Shown: positions 1 to 13,066, counted from the first letter of the stretch. The stretch is DNA of 64,000 nt from Octopus sinensis (GCF_006345805.1 NC_043007.1:13206001-13270000), one strand, 5' to 3'. Translations and numbers: made by a program. The notes: generated by a model not told the origin, from the sequence alone.

Positions 1-3000
1 AAGAAAGCGAAGAGTCTCTGTTCTCCCCTTTCCACCAGTGTGGGTTAAAATCATCAAACACTATGCTTATTCGTAAAATCCGAAGCATTAATTAGAGGGA
101 GATTAATTATAATTTCAAACAATTGTGAGGGCAAAATTAATTAATTATTAATCAATTTCACCAAGTGTTCAGTATGCAAAGGGACCATTCAAGGCGAATT
201 CAAATTATACATTATATAAAAGGGCTTAGTAAAATAAATTACTTTGCCGCATACTGAACTCATTAGAAATAGCAGCCAAAAACTTTTTAAAGCTATTTCT
301 AATACTTAAAGAAAATCTCTCTCATATATAGTGTTTGCTTAATTCAACTCACAAAAGTTGGGGGTAAGGACATCGAAAAATCAAATGCTAAGGTTATTCG
401 AGAACGTACGTTTCAAGATTAGTCAAAACAACATTTCTATCATCGGCTCAGAAATTCCTTGGTTTGGATTTGGAAACACTGAAAATAAGAACATACCCTT
501 TCGAAGATCTGCTTCCAAATAACAGTGCCAACAAATTCAAATAAGCAAGCGAAGAGTCTCTGTTCTCCCCTTTCCACCAGTGTGGGTTAAAATCATCAAA
601 CACTATGCTTATTTCGGTAAAATCCGAAGCATTAATTAGAGGGAGATTAATTATAATTTCAACAATTGAGGGCAAAATTAATTAATTATTAATCAATTTC
701 ACCAAGTGTTCAGTATGCAAGGGACCATTCAAGGCGAATTCAATTATTATTACATTATATAAAAGGGCTTAGTAAAATAAATTACTTTGCCGCATACTGA
801 ACTCATTAGAAATAGCAGCCAAAAAACTTTTTAAAGCTATTTCTAATACTTAAAGAAAATCTCTCTCATATATAGTGTTTGCTTAATTCAACTCACAAAA
901 GTTTGGGGGTAAGGACATCGAAAAATCAAATGCTAAGGTTATTCGAGAACGTACGTTTCAAGATTAGTCAAAACAACATTCTATCATCGGCTCAGAAATT
1001 CCTTGGTTTGGATTTGGAACACTGAAAATAAGAACATACCCTTTCGAAGATCTGCTTCCAAATAACAGTGCCAACAAATCAAATAAGCAAGCGAAGAGTC
1101 TCTGTTCTCCCCTTTCCACCAGTGTGGGTTAAAATCATCAAACACTATGCTTATTTCGGTAAAATCCGAAAATCCGAAGCATTAATTAGAGGGAGATTAA
1201 TTATAATTTCAACAATTGAGGGCAAAATTAATTATTATTAATCAATTTCACCACAGGTGTTCAGTATGCAAAGGGACCATTCAAGGCGAATTCAAATTAT
1301 TACATTATATAAAAGGGCTTAGTAAAATAAATTACTTTGCCGCATACTGAACTCATTAGAAATAGCAGCCAAAAAACTTTTTAAAGCTATTTCTAATACT
1401 TAAAGAAAATCTCTCTCATATATAGTGTTTGCTTAATTCAACTCACAAAAGTTTGGGGGTAAGGACATCGAAAAATCAATGCTAAGGTTATTCGAGAACG
1501 TACGTTTCAAGATTAGTCAAAACAACATTTCTATCATCGGCTCAGAAATTCCTTGGTTTGGATTTGGAAACACTGAAAATAAGAACATACCCTTTCGAAG
1601 ATCTGCTTCCAAATAACAGTGCCAACAAATTCAAATAAGCAAGCGAAGAGTCTCTGTTCTCCCCTTTCCACCAGTGTGGGTTAAAATCATCAAACACTAT
1701 GCTTATTTCGGTAAAATCCGAAGCATTAATTAGAGGGAGATTAATTATAATTTCAACAATTGAGGGCAAAATTAATTAATTATTAATCAATTTCACCAAG
1801 TGTTCAGTATGCAAAGGGACCATCAAGGCGAATTCAAATTATTACATATATAAAAAAGGGCTTAGTAAAATAAATTACTTTGCCGCATACTGAACTCATT
1901 AGAAATAGCAGCCAAAAACTTTTTAAAGCTATTTCTAATACTTAAAGAAAATCTCTCTCATATATAGTGTTTGCTTAATTCAACTCACAAAAGTTTGGGG
2001 GTAAGGACATCGAAAAATCAAATGCTAAGGTTATTCGAGAACGTACGTTTCAAGATTAGTCAAAACAACATTTCTATCATTTCTATCATTTCTATCATTT
2101 CTATCATTAATAATTAATTAATTTTGCCCTCAATTGTTGAAATTATAATTAATCTCCCTCTAATTAATGCTTCGGATTTTACCGAAATAAGCATAGTGTT
2201 TGATGATTTTAACCCACACTGGTGGAAAGGGGAGAACAGAGACTCTTCGCTTGCTTATTTGAATTTGTTGGCACTGTTATTTGGAAGCAGATCTTCGAAA
2301 GGGTATGTTCTTATTTTCAGTGTTTCCAAATCCAAACCAAGGAATTTCTGAGCCGATGATAGAAATGTTGTTTTGACTAATCTTGAAACGTACGTTCTCG
2401 AATAACCTTAGCATTTGATTTTTCGATGTCCTTACCCCCAACTTTTGTGAGTTGAATTAAGCAAACACTATATATGAGAGAGATTTTCTTTAGTATTAGA
2501 AATAGCTTTAAAAAGTTTTTTGGCTGCTATTTCTAATGAGTTCAGTATGCGGCAAAGTAATTTATTTTACTAAGCCCTTTTATATAATGTAATAATTTGA
2601 ATTCGCCTTGAATGGTCCCTTTGCATACTGAACACTTGGTGAAATTGATTAATAATTAATTAATTTTGCCCTCATTGTTGAAATTATAATTAATCTCCCT
2701 CTAATTAATGCTTCGGATTTTACCGAAATAGCATAGTGTTTGATGATTTTAACCCACACTGGTGGAAAGGGGAGAACAGAGACTCTTCGCTTGCTTATTT
2801 GAATTTGTTGGCACTGTTATTTGGAAGCAGATCTTCGAAAGGGTATGTTCTTATTTTCAGTGTTTCCAAATCCAAACCAAGGAATTTCTGAGCCGATGAT
2901 AGAAATGTTGTTTTGACTAATCTTGAAACGTACGTTCTCGAATAACCTTAGCATTTGATTTTTCGATGTCCTTACCCCCAAACTTTTGTGAGTTGAATTA

Positions 3001-5290
3001 AGCAAACACTATATATGAGAGAGATTTTCTTTAAGTATTAGAAATAGCTTTAAAAAGTTTTTTGGCTGCTATTTCTAATGAGTTCAGTATGCGGCAAAGT
3101 AATTTATTTTACTAAGCCCTTTTATATAATGTAATAATTTGAATTCGCCTTGAATGGTCCCTTTGCATACTGAACACTTGGTGAAATTGATTAATAATTA
3201 ATTAATTTTGCCCTCAATTGTTGAAATTATAATTAATCTCCCTCTAATTAATGCTTCGGATTTTACCGAAATAAGCATAGTGTTTGATGATTTTAACCCA
3301 CACTGGTGGAAAGGGGAGAACAGAGACTCTTCGCTTGCTTATTTGAATTTGTTGGCACTGTTATTTGGAAGCAGATCTTCGAAAGGGTATGTTCTTATTT
3401 TCAGTGTTTCCAAATCCAAACCAAGGAATTTCTGAGCCGATGATAGAATGTTGTTTTGACTAATCTTGAAACGTACGTTCTCGAATAACCTTAGCATTTG
3501 ATTTTTCGATGTCCTTACCCCCAAACTTTTGTGAGTTGAATTAAGCAACACTATATATGAGAGAGATTTTCTTTAAGTATTAGAAATAGCTTTAAAAAGT
3601 TTTTTGGCTGCTATTTCTAATGAGTTCAGTATGCGGCAAAGTAATTTATTTTCTAAGCCCTTTTATATAATGTAATAATTTGAATTCGCCTTGAATGGTC
3701 CCTTTGCATACTGAACACTTGGTGAAATTGATTAATAATTATTAATTTTGCCCTCAATTGTTGAAATTATAATTAATCTCCCTCTAATTAATGCTTCGGA
3801 TTTTACCGAAATAAGCATAGTGTTTGATGATTTTAACCCCACTGGTGGAAAGGGGAGAACAGAGACTCTTCGCTTGCTTATTTGAATTTGTTGGCACTGT
3901 TATTTGGAGCAGATCTTCGAAAGGGTATGTTCTTATTTTCAGTGTTTCCAAATCCAAACCAAGGAATTTCTGAGCCGATGATAGAAATGTTGTTTTGACT
4001 AATCTTGAAACGTACGTTCTCGAATAACCTTAGCATTTGATTTTTCGATGTCCTTACCCCCAAACTTTTGTGAGTTGAATTAAGCAAACACTATATATGA
4101 GAGAGATTTTCTTTAAGTATTAGAAATAGCTTTAAAAAGTTTTTTGGCTGCTATTTCTAATGAGTTCAGTATGCGGCAAAGTAATTTATTTTACTAAGCC
4201 CTTTTATATAATGTAATAATTTGAATTCGCCTTGAATGGTCCCTTTGCATACTGAACACTTGGTGAAATTGATTAATAATTAATTAATTTTGCCCTCAAT
4301 TGTTGAAATTATAATTAATCTCCCTCTAATTAATGCTTCGGATTTTACCGAAATAAGCATAGTGTTTGATGATTTTAACCCACACTGGTGGAAAGGGGAG
4401 AACAGAGACTCTTCGCTTGCTTATTGAATTTGTTGGCACTGTTATTTGGAAGCAGATCTTCGAAAGGGTATGTTCTTTTTTCAGTGTTTCCAAATCCAAA
4501 CCAAGGAATTTCTGAGCCGATGATAGAAATGTTGTTTTGACTAATCTTGAAACGTACGTTCTCGAATAACCTTAGCATTTGATTTTTCGATGTCCTTACC
4601 CCCAAACTTTTGTGAGTTGAATTAAGCAAACACTATATATGAGAGAGATTTTCTTTAAGTATTAGAAATAGCTTTAAAAAGTTTTTTGGCTGCTATTTCT
4701 AATGAGTTCAGTATGCGGCAAAGTAATTTATTTTACTAAGCCCTTTTATATAATGTAATAATTTGAATTCGCCTTGAATGGTCCCTTTGCATACTGAACA
4801 CTTGGTGAAATTGATTAATAATTAATTATTTTGCCCTCAATTGTTGAAATTATAATTAATCTCCCTCTAATTAATGCTTCGGATTTTACCGAAATAAGCA
4901 TAGTGTTTGATGATTTTAACCCACACTGGTGGAAAGGGGAGAACAGAGACTCTTCGCTTGCTTATTTGAATTTGTTGGCACTGTTATTTGGAAGCAGATC
5001 TTCGAAAGGGTATGTTCTTATTTTCAGTGTTTCCAAATCCAACCAAGGAATTTCTGAGCCGATGATAGAAATGTTGTTTTGACTAATCTTGAAACGTACG
5101 TTCTCGAATAACCTTAGCATTTGATTTTTCGATGTCCTTACCCCAAACAAACTTTTGTGAGTTGAATTAAGCAAAACTATATATGAGAGAGATTTTCTTT
5201 AAGTTTAGAAATAGCTTTAAAAAGTTTTTGCTGCTATTTCTAATGAGTTCAGTATGCGGCAAAGTAATTTATTTTACTAAGCCCTTTTAT
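1..5290. repeat. ~542-bp tandem satellite; ~3.8 units in one orientation (1-2080), ~5.8 units inverted (2107-5290)
   Basis: AAGCAAGCGAAGAGTCTCTG recurs at ~1, 543, 1085, 1637; reverse-complement copies follow from 2107; the same 75-codon frame recurs at 2124, 3208, 4831 (multiples of ~542). Units differ mostly by 1-bp indels. Confidence 0.97.
2350..2399 (+). ncRNA. Variant type-I hammerhead ribozyme motif in the satellite unit (representative copy)
   Basis: GAG-CCGATGA-(25 nt)-GAA-ACGTACGT-T-CTC: stem I GAG/CTC, core CCGAUGA (U4C vs CUGANGA), GAAA, palindromic stem III, GUU cleavage triplet; stem II weak. Also at 2890, 3434, 3972, 4514, 5056 (+) and 400, 945, 1494 (-). Confidence 0.55.
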
Positions 5291-5535
5291 ATAATATATA
5301 TATATATATATTATATATATATATACAAAGTAGTAAATAATATATATATATATATATCTGTAATACATATAATGTATGTATATATAATATATAAATATAT
5401 GTATATATAATGTATGTATAATATATATAAATATATGTACATATAATGTATGTATAATATATATAAATATATGTACATATAATGTATATACAATATATAT
5501 AAATTATGTATATATAATGTATATACAATATATGA

Positions 5536-5571
<36 letters not shown>

Positions 5572-5572
5572 A

Positions 5573-5605
<33 letters not shown>

Positions 5606-5640
5606 GTATATATAATATATATAAATAAGTGTATAGATAT
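5288..5640. repeat. (TA)n-rich compound microsatellite ending the satellite
   Basis: The last satellite unit runs from ...CCCTTTTATATAAT directly into TA/TGTA/GATA repeats. Confidence 0.95.
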
Positions 5641-5919
5641 GAGCATTCAACCTAGTAGGGTGCGTTAAAATATGGGCATAAGAACCATATATTATATACA
5701 GCGATGTGTATTAATTAAACATTATAGGGTGCCTCATCTTGATTCAACGCGTACGATGCGGAAAAATGCCATTACTCGAATTATGAATGAATTTACTGCT
5801 GAGATGTTCAACGTTAAATGACCTTATCACAACTATTTCGGGACAGAGTAAAGAAACAGACATACTAACGTCGCCATGTTTCTCTCTTTTGCTTGTAATT
5901 GGCGTCTGTAATATAATTT

Positions 5920-6290
5920 TCTAATTTTGGCACAAGGCCAGCGATTTTGTGCGGATGGGACAGTCGATTACATCGACTCCAGTGCTCCACTGCTACTTTA
6001 TTTCGTCGATGCGAAAAGGATGAAAGGAATCTGAACGCAGAACGTGAAGGACCGGAAGAAATGACGTTTGGCATTTCGCCGACGGGGTTAACGGTTCTTC
6101 CAGCTCGCAACCTCTCATATTGTTTTTAATATCGGTACAAAGCCAAGCCAAGCATTTGAAGGAGGGGACTAGTCAGCATCATTTACCACAGCGCTTGACT
6201 GGTGCTTTATTTTATCGAGCCCTGGAGATATAAAAAGCAAAGTCGAACCTGGCTGGATTTGAACACAGAATGTGAATAGTCGGAATGGCG
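5920..6290 (-). mobile_element. Two old, diverged SINE-A-like remnants
   Basis: Degenerate matches to GGCACAAGGCC, GTCGATTACATCGAC, GGATGAAAGG and GATTTGAAC motifs of SINE-A. Confidence 0.5.
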
Positions 6291-6299
6291 TTTATAATA

Positions 6300-6531
6300 T
6301 ATATTTCTTTACTACCCACAAGGGGCTAAACATAGAGGGGACAAACAAGGACAGACAAACGGATTAAGTCGATTACATCGACCCCAGTGGGTAACTGGTA
6401 CTTAATTTATTGACCCCGAAAGGATGAAAGGCAAAGTCGACCTCGGCGGAATTTGAACTTACAACGTAACGACAGACGAAATACCGCTAAGCATTTCGCC
6501 CGGCGCGCTAACGTTTCTGCCAGCTCGCCGC
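6300..6531 (-). mobile_element. SINE-A, tRNA-derived, full monomer
   Basis: Minus strand reads GGCGGCGAGCTGGCAGAAACG (A-box-like) ... AGTTCAAATTCC (B-box-like) ... GTAAAGAAATA; 9-bp TSD TTTATAATA at 6291 and 6532. Confidence 0.9.
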
Positions 6532-6759
6532 CTTTATAATAGAAGGGACCAGGCTTTCTCTTCAGTGGTAGAAAATATTCCATTTTGATCAGCTGCCGAA
6601 TCTCTACAAAGCTCATCTGTGACCTATAAAACAGCATTGTTTCCACATCTGGGTTGGTACTGTTGCTGCTCACAGAGAAATCGGTGCTGCTTTAGCGTGT
6701 GTTCTACCGTTGTATCCGTAGTCTATGCTGTGAAATAACCTGATCTAGGTTATGATTAA

Positions 6760-6865
6760 GTTTAGAGTCAAGGTTGGAGTTTAGGGGATGGGGTTAGGGT
6801 TTAGAGTTAGGGGTTAAGGTTTAGGATTAGCGTTAGATTTAGGGTTCAGGTTAAGGTTAGACTGT
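6760..6865 (+). repeat. Degenerate interstitial telomere-like (TTAGGG-variant) tract
   Basis: Run of GGTTAGGG, TTTAGAG, TTAGGGG, TTAAGG, TTTAGG, TTCAGG variants. Confidence 0.7.
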
Positions 6866-7228
6866 AGTTAAACTGTAAATGGCCGCACGCTAAAGAAAAC
6901 CATTCAACGGATTGACAAAATCTCACTCATCAGAACATTACGACCTCTGCTCCATAGGACTGTTGTGCCCTAAATCTGCTCCTCTCAACTAGCTGTTTCT
7001 ATACCATCTTCCACTCAAATACACCCAACACACACGTCCATCTTCCTAATCCGCCTTCCAAATGATTGACGCTCTCTAGAATTCCCTTTCAGCCCACACC
7101 CTTACTAAAGGCGTCGATTTGCAGATCCTCATATCGGACCTCAACCGTAACGATCTCATCAATCGCGGATGGTTTGCCAAGGTCACAGCTACTGTTCCTT
7201 GGGCATGGCTATAAACAAATATATGTTT

Positions 7229-7299
<71 letters not shown>

Positions 7300-7454
7300 T
7301 ACGCACAGATACGTATCACACACTCGCGTACCTACATAGTTACTAACATGCAAAGATAGCCAACCTTATATAAATATACAAATATCCTTATACACACACA
7401 AGCACACATATACATTCACGCGCATATATATATATATATATATTTATATATATC

Positions 7455-7635
7455 GTGGTACTCCGTCGGTTACGACGACGAGGGTTCCAGTTGATGGCCC
7501 GAAATTTTGGGGGGAGGGGGCAAGTCGATTAGATCGACCCCAGTACGCAAGTGGTACTTAATTTATCAATCCCGAAAGGATGAAAGGCAAAGTTTGACCT
7601 CAGCGGAATTTGAACTCAGAACGTAAAGAAGGGCG
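7455..7635. mobile_element. Short Ceph-type SINE fragment (+) abutting a truncated long-tail SINE-A (-)
   Basis: CTCCGTCGGTTACGACGACGAGGGTTCCAGTTGAT matches 45293-45327; it is followed by GGCCCGAAATTTTGGGG...GAACTCAGAACG of SINE-A. Confidence 0.7.
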
Positions 7636-7954
7636 AAATAACAAATGCGTATATATATTAACATATGAATACACACACGCACGCATAATCAGGATAGACG
7701 GCGCGTGCTTGAGGTGTGAAGAATATTTAGCTCTGAAAAGTCGCCCGTTCATCATTAGTTGGTTTCGTGTTATGAAGACATGTACACCTGTTCGTTTGGG
7801 CGAATATCAAAATTTACATAATTCTACATGTGGGAGGAAAGTTATTTAAACTTCGCTTCTCTCCTCTAAACTCTGTGAAGATAGCAAGATCAAAATAGGA
7901 TGTTTATTTTGGCTCCATGTCTTTTCACGTGAACAGTCATTGCTAATTTCGAAT

Positions 7955-8400
7955 GTGTGTGTGTGTGTGTGTGTGTGTGAATATGTATAGAGTTCGTTGT
8001 ACCAAGCACTCGTGAAAATGTCTCTTAGCGTTTATGATTATTTTTGTACCTACAGGTGTAAGCATACTTACACATATGCACATACGTACGTGTGTGTGTG
8101 TGTGTGTTTTGTGTGTGTGTTTGTGTCTGTGCGTATGTGCAGCGTATGTGTGCATATGTATGTATGTGTGTGTGTGTGTGTGTGGTGTGTGTGAATATGT
8201 ATAGAGTTCGTTGTACCAAGCACTCGTGAAAATGTCTCTTAGCGTTTATGATTATTTTTGTACCTACAGGTATAAGCACACTTACACATATGCACATACG
8301 TACGTGTGTGTGTGTGTATGTGTGTGTTTGTGTCTGTGTCTGTGCGTATGTGCAGCGTATGTGTGCATATGTATGTATGTGTGTGTGTGTGTGTGTGTGT
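7955..8400. repeat. Tandem duplication (~214-bp period) of a unique core plus TG microsatellites
   Basis: GAATATGTATAGAGTTCGTTGTACCAAGCACTCG at ~7979 and ~8193. Confidence 0.9.
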
Positions 8401-8507
8401 TTCTGTCTGTCTTTCTGTTTATGTACGTATTGACAAATATATACATGCATTCTTGTCCCATTTTGTATTTTTATATATATTTTTTATACACACACACACA
8501 CACACCA

Positions 8508-8585
<78 letters not shown>

Positions 8586-9045
8586 GTATGTGTGTGTGTG
8601 TGTACGTGCAATTTATTGGGTGATAAAACGTTGCTCCGAGTTTCTCACCACCAGTCTTCAGACGATTATGATAAATGGAGCAGAGGAAGAAATTTAAGTG
8701 CATACTAAAAAATTTTGAATAGTGTGGCAAACGATGCTTGTTTCACCATAAACAGCAAAATACTGACAATGGAAGTGATTTGTAGCAATTTAAAAGCTTC
8801 AATCTCTGAAAATCAGCAATTTAAAAACATCATTTTCTTCATTTGACCGAGCAGAGTATATCATTTTTGTGATTTGGGGAGACGGAATTATGAAGTAAGC
8901 ACTTTTCAAAGTGTCTAAAAAACCAAGTATTTCCAGGTGTCCATTTGTTGAAATTTGAAAACTAATTTGCCGTCTTCTCATTTAAACAAATTTGGTAGCG
9001 TAAACGAAAATTGCCATACAGTTAATGGTTAGCATAACTCTCTTT

Positions 9046-9250
9046 AAGGCAGGCGAGCTGGCAGAAACGTTAGCACGCCGGGCGAAATGTTTCGCGGTAT
9101 TTCGTCTGCCGTTACGTTGTGAGTTCAAATTCCACCGAAGTCGACTTTGCCTTTCATCCTTTCGGGGTCGATATAATCGACTTAATCCATTTATCTGTCC
9201 TTGTTTGTCCTCTCTGCGTTTAGCCCCATTGTAGGTAGTAAAGAAATAGG
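9046..9250 (+). mobile_element. SINE-A monomer
   Basis: SINE-A consensus with an internal deletion; 15-bp TSD GGTTAGCATAACTCT at 9028 and 9249. Confidence 0.9.
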
Positions 9251-9379
9251 TTAGCATAACTCTGTCTGAACCATTGAATTCTAAAATGTTAAATTCAGTT
9301 TCTTTAAGTACCCGATTTATGTACATGTGTATCGTGTCATCTTCCAAATTTCTGAAAGGTCTGCTTTATGTTTTGATAT

Positions 9380-9775
9380 GTTATTCTTTTAGTTATTTTG
9401 GTCATTTGACTGCAGCCATGCTGGAGCACCGCCCTTTAGTCGAACAAATCGACCACAGGACTTATTCTTTGTTAGCCTAGTACTTATTCTCTCAGTCTCT
9501 TTTGCCGAGCCGCTAAGTTACAGGAGCATGAACACACCAACATCGCTTGTCAAAGCGATAGTGTGGAGGCAAACAGTGACACAAATAAATACATACATAC
9601 ATATATATACACGACGGGCTTCTTCCAGTTTCCGTCTGCAACATCCACTCACAAGGTTTTGGTCGGCCCGAGGCTATAGTAGGAGATACTTGCCCAAGGC
9701 GCCATGCAGTGGAACTGAACCCGAAACTATGTGGCTGGGACGTAAGCTTCTTACCGCACAGCCACTACTGCGCCT
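9380..9775 (-). mobile_element. SINE-B, tRNA-derived with internal TA/CA microsatellite
   Basis: Minus strand: GGCGCAGTAGTGGCTGTGCGG head, GGTTCAGTTCC B-box-like, CCTTGGGCAAG, microsatellite, tail GCTCCAGCATGGCTGCAGTCAAATGAC. Confidence 0.88.
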
Positions 9776-10410
9776 ATATGTTTTAAAATATTTTTAACTT
9801 AGGCCAATATAAGAACTGTGAGAAAGGTTATCGCTGACTTTCACTTTCGATACATCTTTACAGACTAACACCTTAGACTACTGACTAACTTACAGACTAA
9901 CACTTTAGACTACTGACTAACTTACAGACTAACACTTTCGATACATCTTTACAGAACAATCGCTAGGATTGCAGAGGCATTATATTTTTTAAGGATTGAG
10001 ATTTTTTATGTCAAAATTAATAATAGAGCTTGCGAAGTTCTTAAAACAAGAGTAGCTGACATTAATCGGGTTTCCGTTAAAGGGCTTTATAATTTATCGG
10101 TAAACGAAAAAAAGAATAAGTTAAAAAGGTCGCTAACGATTGGAAATTGACACTTAAACTGCATCGTGGAATACACTATAGAATATTTCTTAACCTATTT
10201 TTTATATCTGGAGACATTGGAACAATTCGAACAGTAAATTCTATCTGTGACACATCTGTACATCACTATTAAGAAGTGTCTGGATATAATAAAAGAAAAC
10301 TATCGAATGCAGCCACATCCTAAGATAAGCGGATATACATGTATCGATATTAGTTACTAAATTTCTGAAATTGCGAGAGGGTGGTGTAACTTGTTATTTA
10401 TAAAAAATAG

Positions 10411-10834
10411 GGATCTTTTCGGTTTGAACAGCAGTTTTTTCTAGCGGTGTCATATGAAATTGTCACCCATAATTATGATCCTAGTATCGATCTATTGCAT
10501 TTCAATCTGTTCTAGGGTTAGGGTTAGGGGTGGGAGGAAGGGTATCTTTTTTCTTCAGAAATGTAAATAAACCCAATCTGTTTCTTAAACGAGGGACATA
10601 TTCATACGGCACAGAATGTTCTTTTTTTTTTTTACCTCAATGGACATCATTGATTGGTTGAAATTGCAGAAATTGAAGAAAGCAACAACAAATATCATAC
10701 AAACTATAGAATTTTCTCAATAAAGCCAAGAGAAAAAGATGTTTTACAAACACATTCTATCAGTATACGAAGTTTAAAATTATTTAGTTACCTAGAAATT
10801 ATGTTAAAAACTGCCGTTCAAACCGAAAAGATCC
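10411..10834 (+). mobile_element. MITE, ~425 bp, GGATC TIR family
   Basis: TIRs GGATCTTTTCGGTTTGAACAGCAGTTTT / AAAACTGCCGTTCAAACCGAAAAGATCC; homologous copies at 42055, 53195, 60049. Confidence 0.9.
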
Positions 10835-11242
10835 GTTACTAAATTTCTGGAAATTGTGAGAGGGTGGTGTAACTTGTTATTTATAAAAAACAGTCTTTCA
10901 TTTGGTTTCCTCTGAGGATAGAATTTATTATGTCTTTTAATTTAAAGTAACATTTCAAAACCTTAACTACAATTAACAGTGATGTTGACTAAACTTACTT
11001 CTTTAAATAACTCTATAATGTCTTTTCAAAATGTGGTTAGGTTTCTGCCTAATTATGAAACAATGTAACATAATACTTAATATTTAACACTGGTTGGTTA
11101 ACGAAAAACAACTAAAGACTATTTGTGGCTGGATATATAAATGTTATGCATTGTTTGAAAAATGAGAAATGGAGTAGTAAAAATAATTCAATAATAATAG
11201 TTTTAAAAATCTTTCCGGTGGCAATAATTCAATACTTAGAAG

Positions 11243-12107
11243 GAGGCCAGTTGCCAGAAACGTTAGCACGCTGGGCGAAATGCTTAGTGGTATTTCGTCT
11301 GCCGCTACGTTATGAGTTCAAATTCCGCCGAGGTCGACTTTGCCTTTCATCCTTTCGGGGTCGATAAATTAAATACCAGTTACGCACTGGGGTCGATATA
11401 ATCGACTTAATCCGTTTGTCTGTCCTTGTTTGTCCCCTCTGTGTTTAACCTCTTGTGGGTAGTAAAGAAATAGGTATTTCGTCTGTCGCTACATTCGTTC
11501 TGAGTTCAAATTCCGCCGGGGTCGACTTTGCCTTTCATCCTTTCGGGGTCGATAAATTAAATACCATTTACGCACTGGGGTCGATATAATCGACTTAATC
11601 CGTTTGTCTGTCCTTGTTTGTCCCCTCTGTGTGTAGCCCCTTGTGGGCAGTAAAGAAATAAGAAACGTTAGCACGCCGGGCGAAATGCTTAGTGGTATTT
11701 TGTCTACTGTTACGTTCTGAGTTCTAATTCCGCCGGGGTCGACTTTGCCTTTCATCCTTTCGGGGTCGATAAATTAAATACCAGTTACGCACTGGGGTCG
11801 ATATAATCGACTTAATCCGTTTGTCTGTCCTTGTTTGTCCCCTCTGTGTGTAGCCCCTTGTGGGCAGTAAAGAAATAAGAAACGTTAGCACGCCGGGCGA
11901 AATGCTTAGTGGTATTTTGTCTACTGTTACGTTCTGAGTTCTAATTCCGCCGGGGTCGACTTTGCCTTTCATCCTTTCGGGGTCGATAAATTAAATACCA
12001 GTTACGCACTGGGGATCGATGTAATCGACTTAATCCGTTTGTCTGTCCTTGTTTGTCTCCTCTGTGTTTAACCCCTAAGGGTAGTAAAGAAATAGGTATT
12101 TCGTCTG
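11243..12107 (+). mobile_element. SINE-A tandem array, 4 units
   Basis: Head then repeated bodies joined by AAGAAATAGGTATTTCG or AAGAAATAAGAAACGTTAGC; ends in a partial next unit GGTATTTCGTCTGC. Confidence 0.92.
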
Positions 12108-12816
12108 CTGTCCCCTTCCCATACATTTCAGGCTTTGTGTGTTCTGTAGAAAGGATTATTATTATTATTATTACATTCTTCTTCTTCTTCTTCTCTTCTT
12201 CTTATTATTATTATTATTAATACTATAGCTATAATAAGAAAGCGGATGATATAATCGGTTGAGCACCGGATAAAATATCCTGCATTATTTTGTTAATTTC
12301 TTTTACTTTCTAAGTTCTACTCGCGCCGGTTTCGACTTTGCTTTTCACCCTACTACAGTTCATAAATATAAGGTACCAGTAAAATTCTAGGGTTGATATC
12401 GATCGACAACACCACCCGCTTCTTAAAATTTTTTAGAAAATCCGTTTCACATACTGGAATACAATCGTACGTGTTTGCAAATCAGTTTTGTGGGCTGCAA
12501 ATCGCATTTACATGTTGCGATTCAGTTTTCCACGTTGGAATTCGGTTTTACATATTAAGACAACCAGTGTTCTATGCTGAAAATCAATGACATTTATCTA
12601 CTGGTATCAGCAGAGCTACCTCCACGAGGCTTCCCCTAACCACTGCTCATCAGTCTATTTCTGTCCTCCCTGCAGATTTTTCTCATGTGCTATAGTTTGC
12701 CTTATGTGTTTTTGCATCTATTTTCAATTAGTCCCACTATACGATTATTACCGACACGTTTTTTTTAAGCAAACTTACTGCACCAACTGTTACTAACGAT
12801 TATTATTTACTTCTGT

Positions 12817-13066
12817 GGAGGCGCGTGGCTTAGTGGATAGGGTGTCAGCATCATGATCGTAAGGTTGTGGTTTCGATTCCTGGACCGGGCGATGCGTTGT
12901 GTTCTTGAGCAAAACACTTCATTTCACGTTGCTCCAGTCCACTCAGCTGGCAAAAATGAGTAACCCTGCGACGGACCGGCGTCTCGTCCGGGTGGGGAAT
13001 TTCTACGCCACTGAAACCGGGAAACCGGCCCTTATGAGCCTCGCATGGCTCGAGAAGGAACATTAC
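12817..13066 (+). mobile_element. tRNA-derived SINE with V-domain-like core
   Basis: A box GTGGCTTAGTGG, B box GTTTCGATTCC; CCCTGCGACGGACCGGCGTCTCGTCCGGGTG resembles the V-SINE domain as I recall it; possible 8-bp TSD TTACTTCT at 12807 and 13067. Confidence 0.7.

Noticed and set aside
2124-2351. Repeated 75-aa ORF (MPSIVEII...) in the satellite
   Set aside because: Starts at TTG, is broken by indels in about half the units, and shows no family motif I recognise (no GIY-YIG or RT); repetition reflects the satellite.
6766-6860. True chromosome end
   Set aside because: Repeats are degenerate, ~100 bp long and internal.
12817-12890. tRNA gene (also 54437 and other SINE heads)
   Set aside because: A/B boxes are present but no acceptor-stem closure; each continues into a SINE body.
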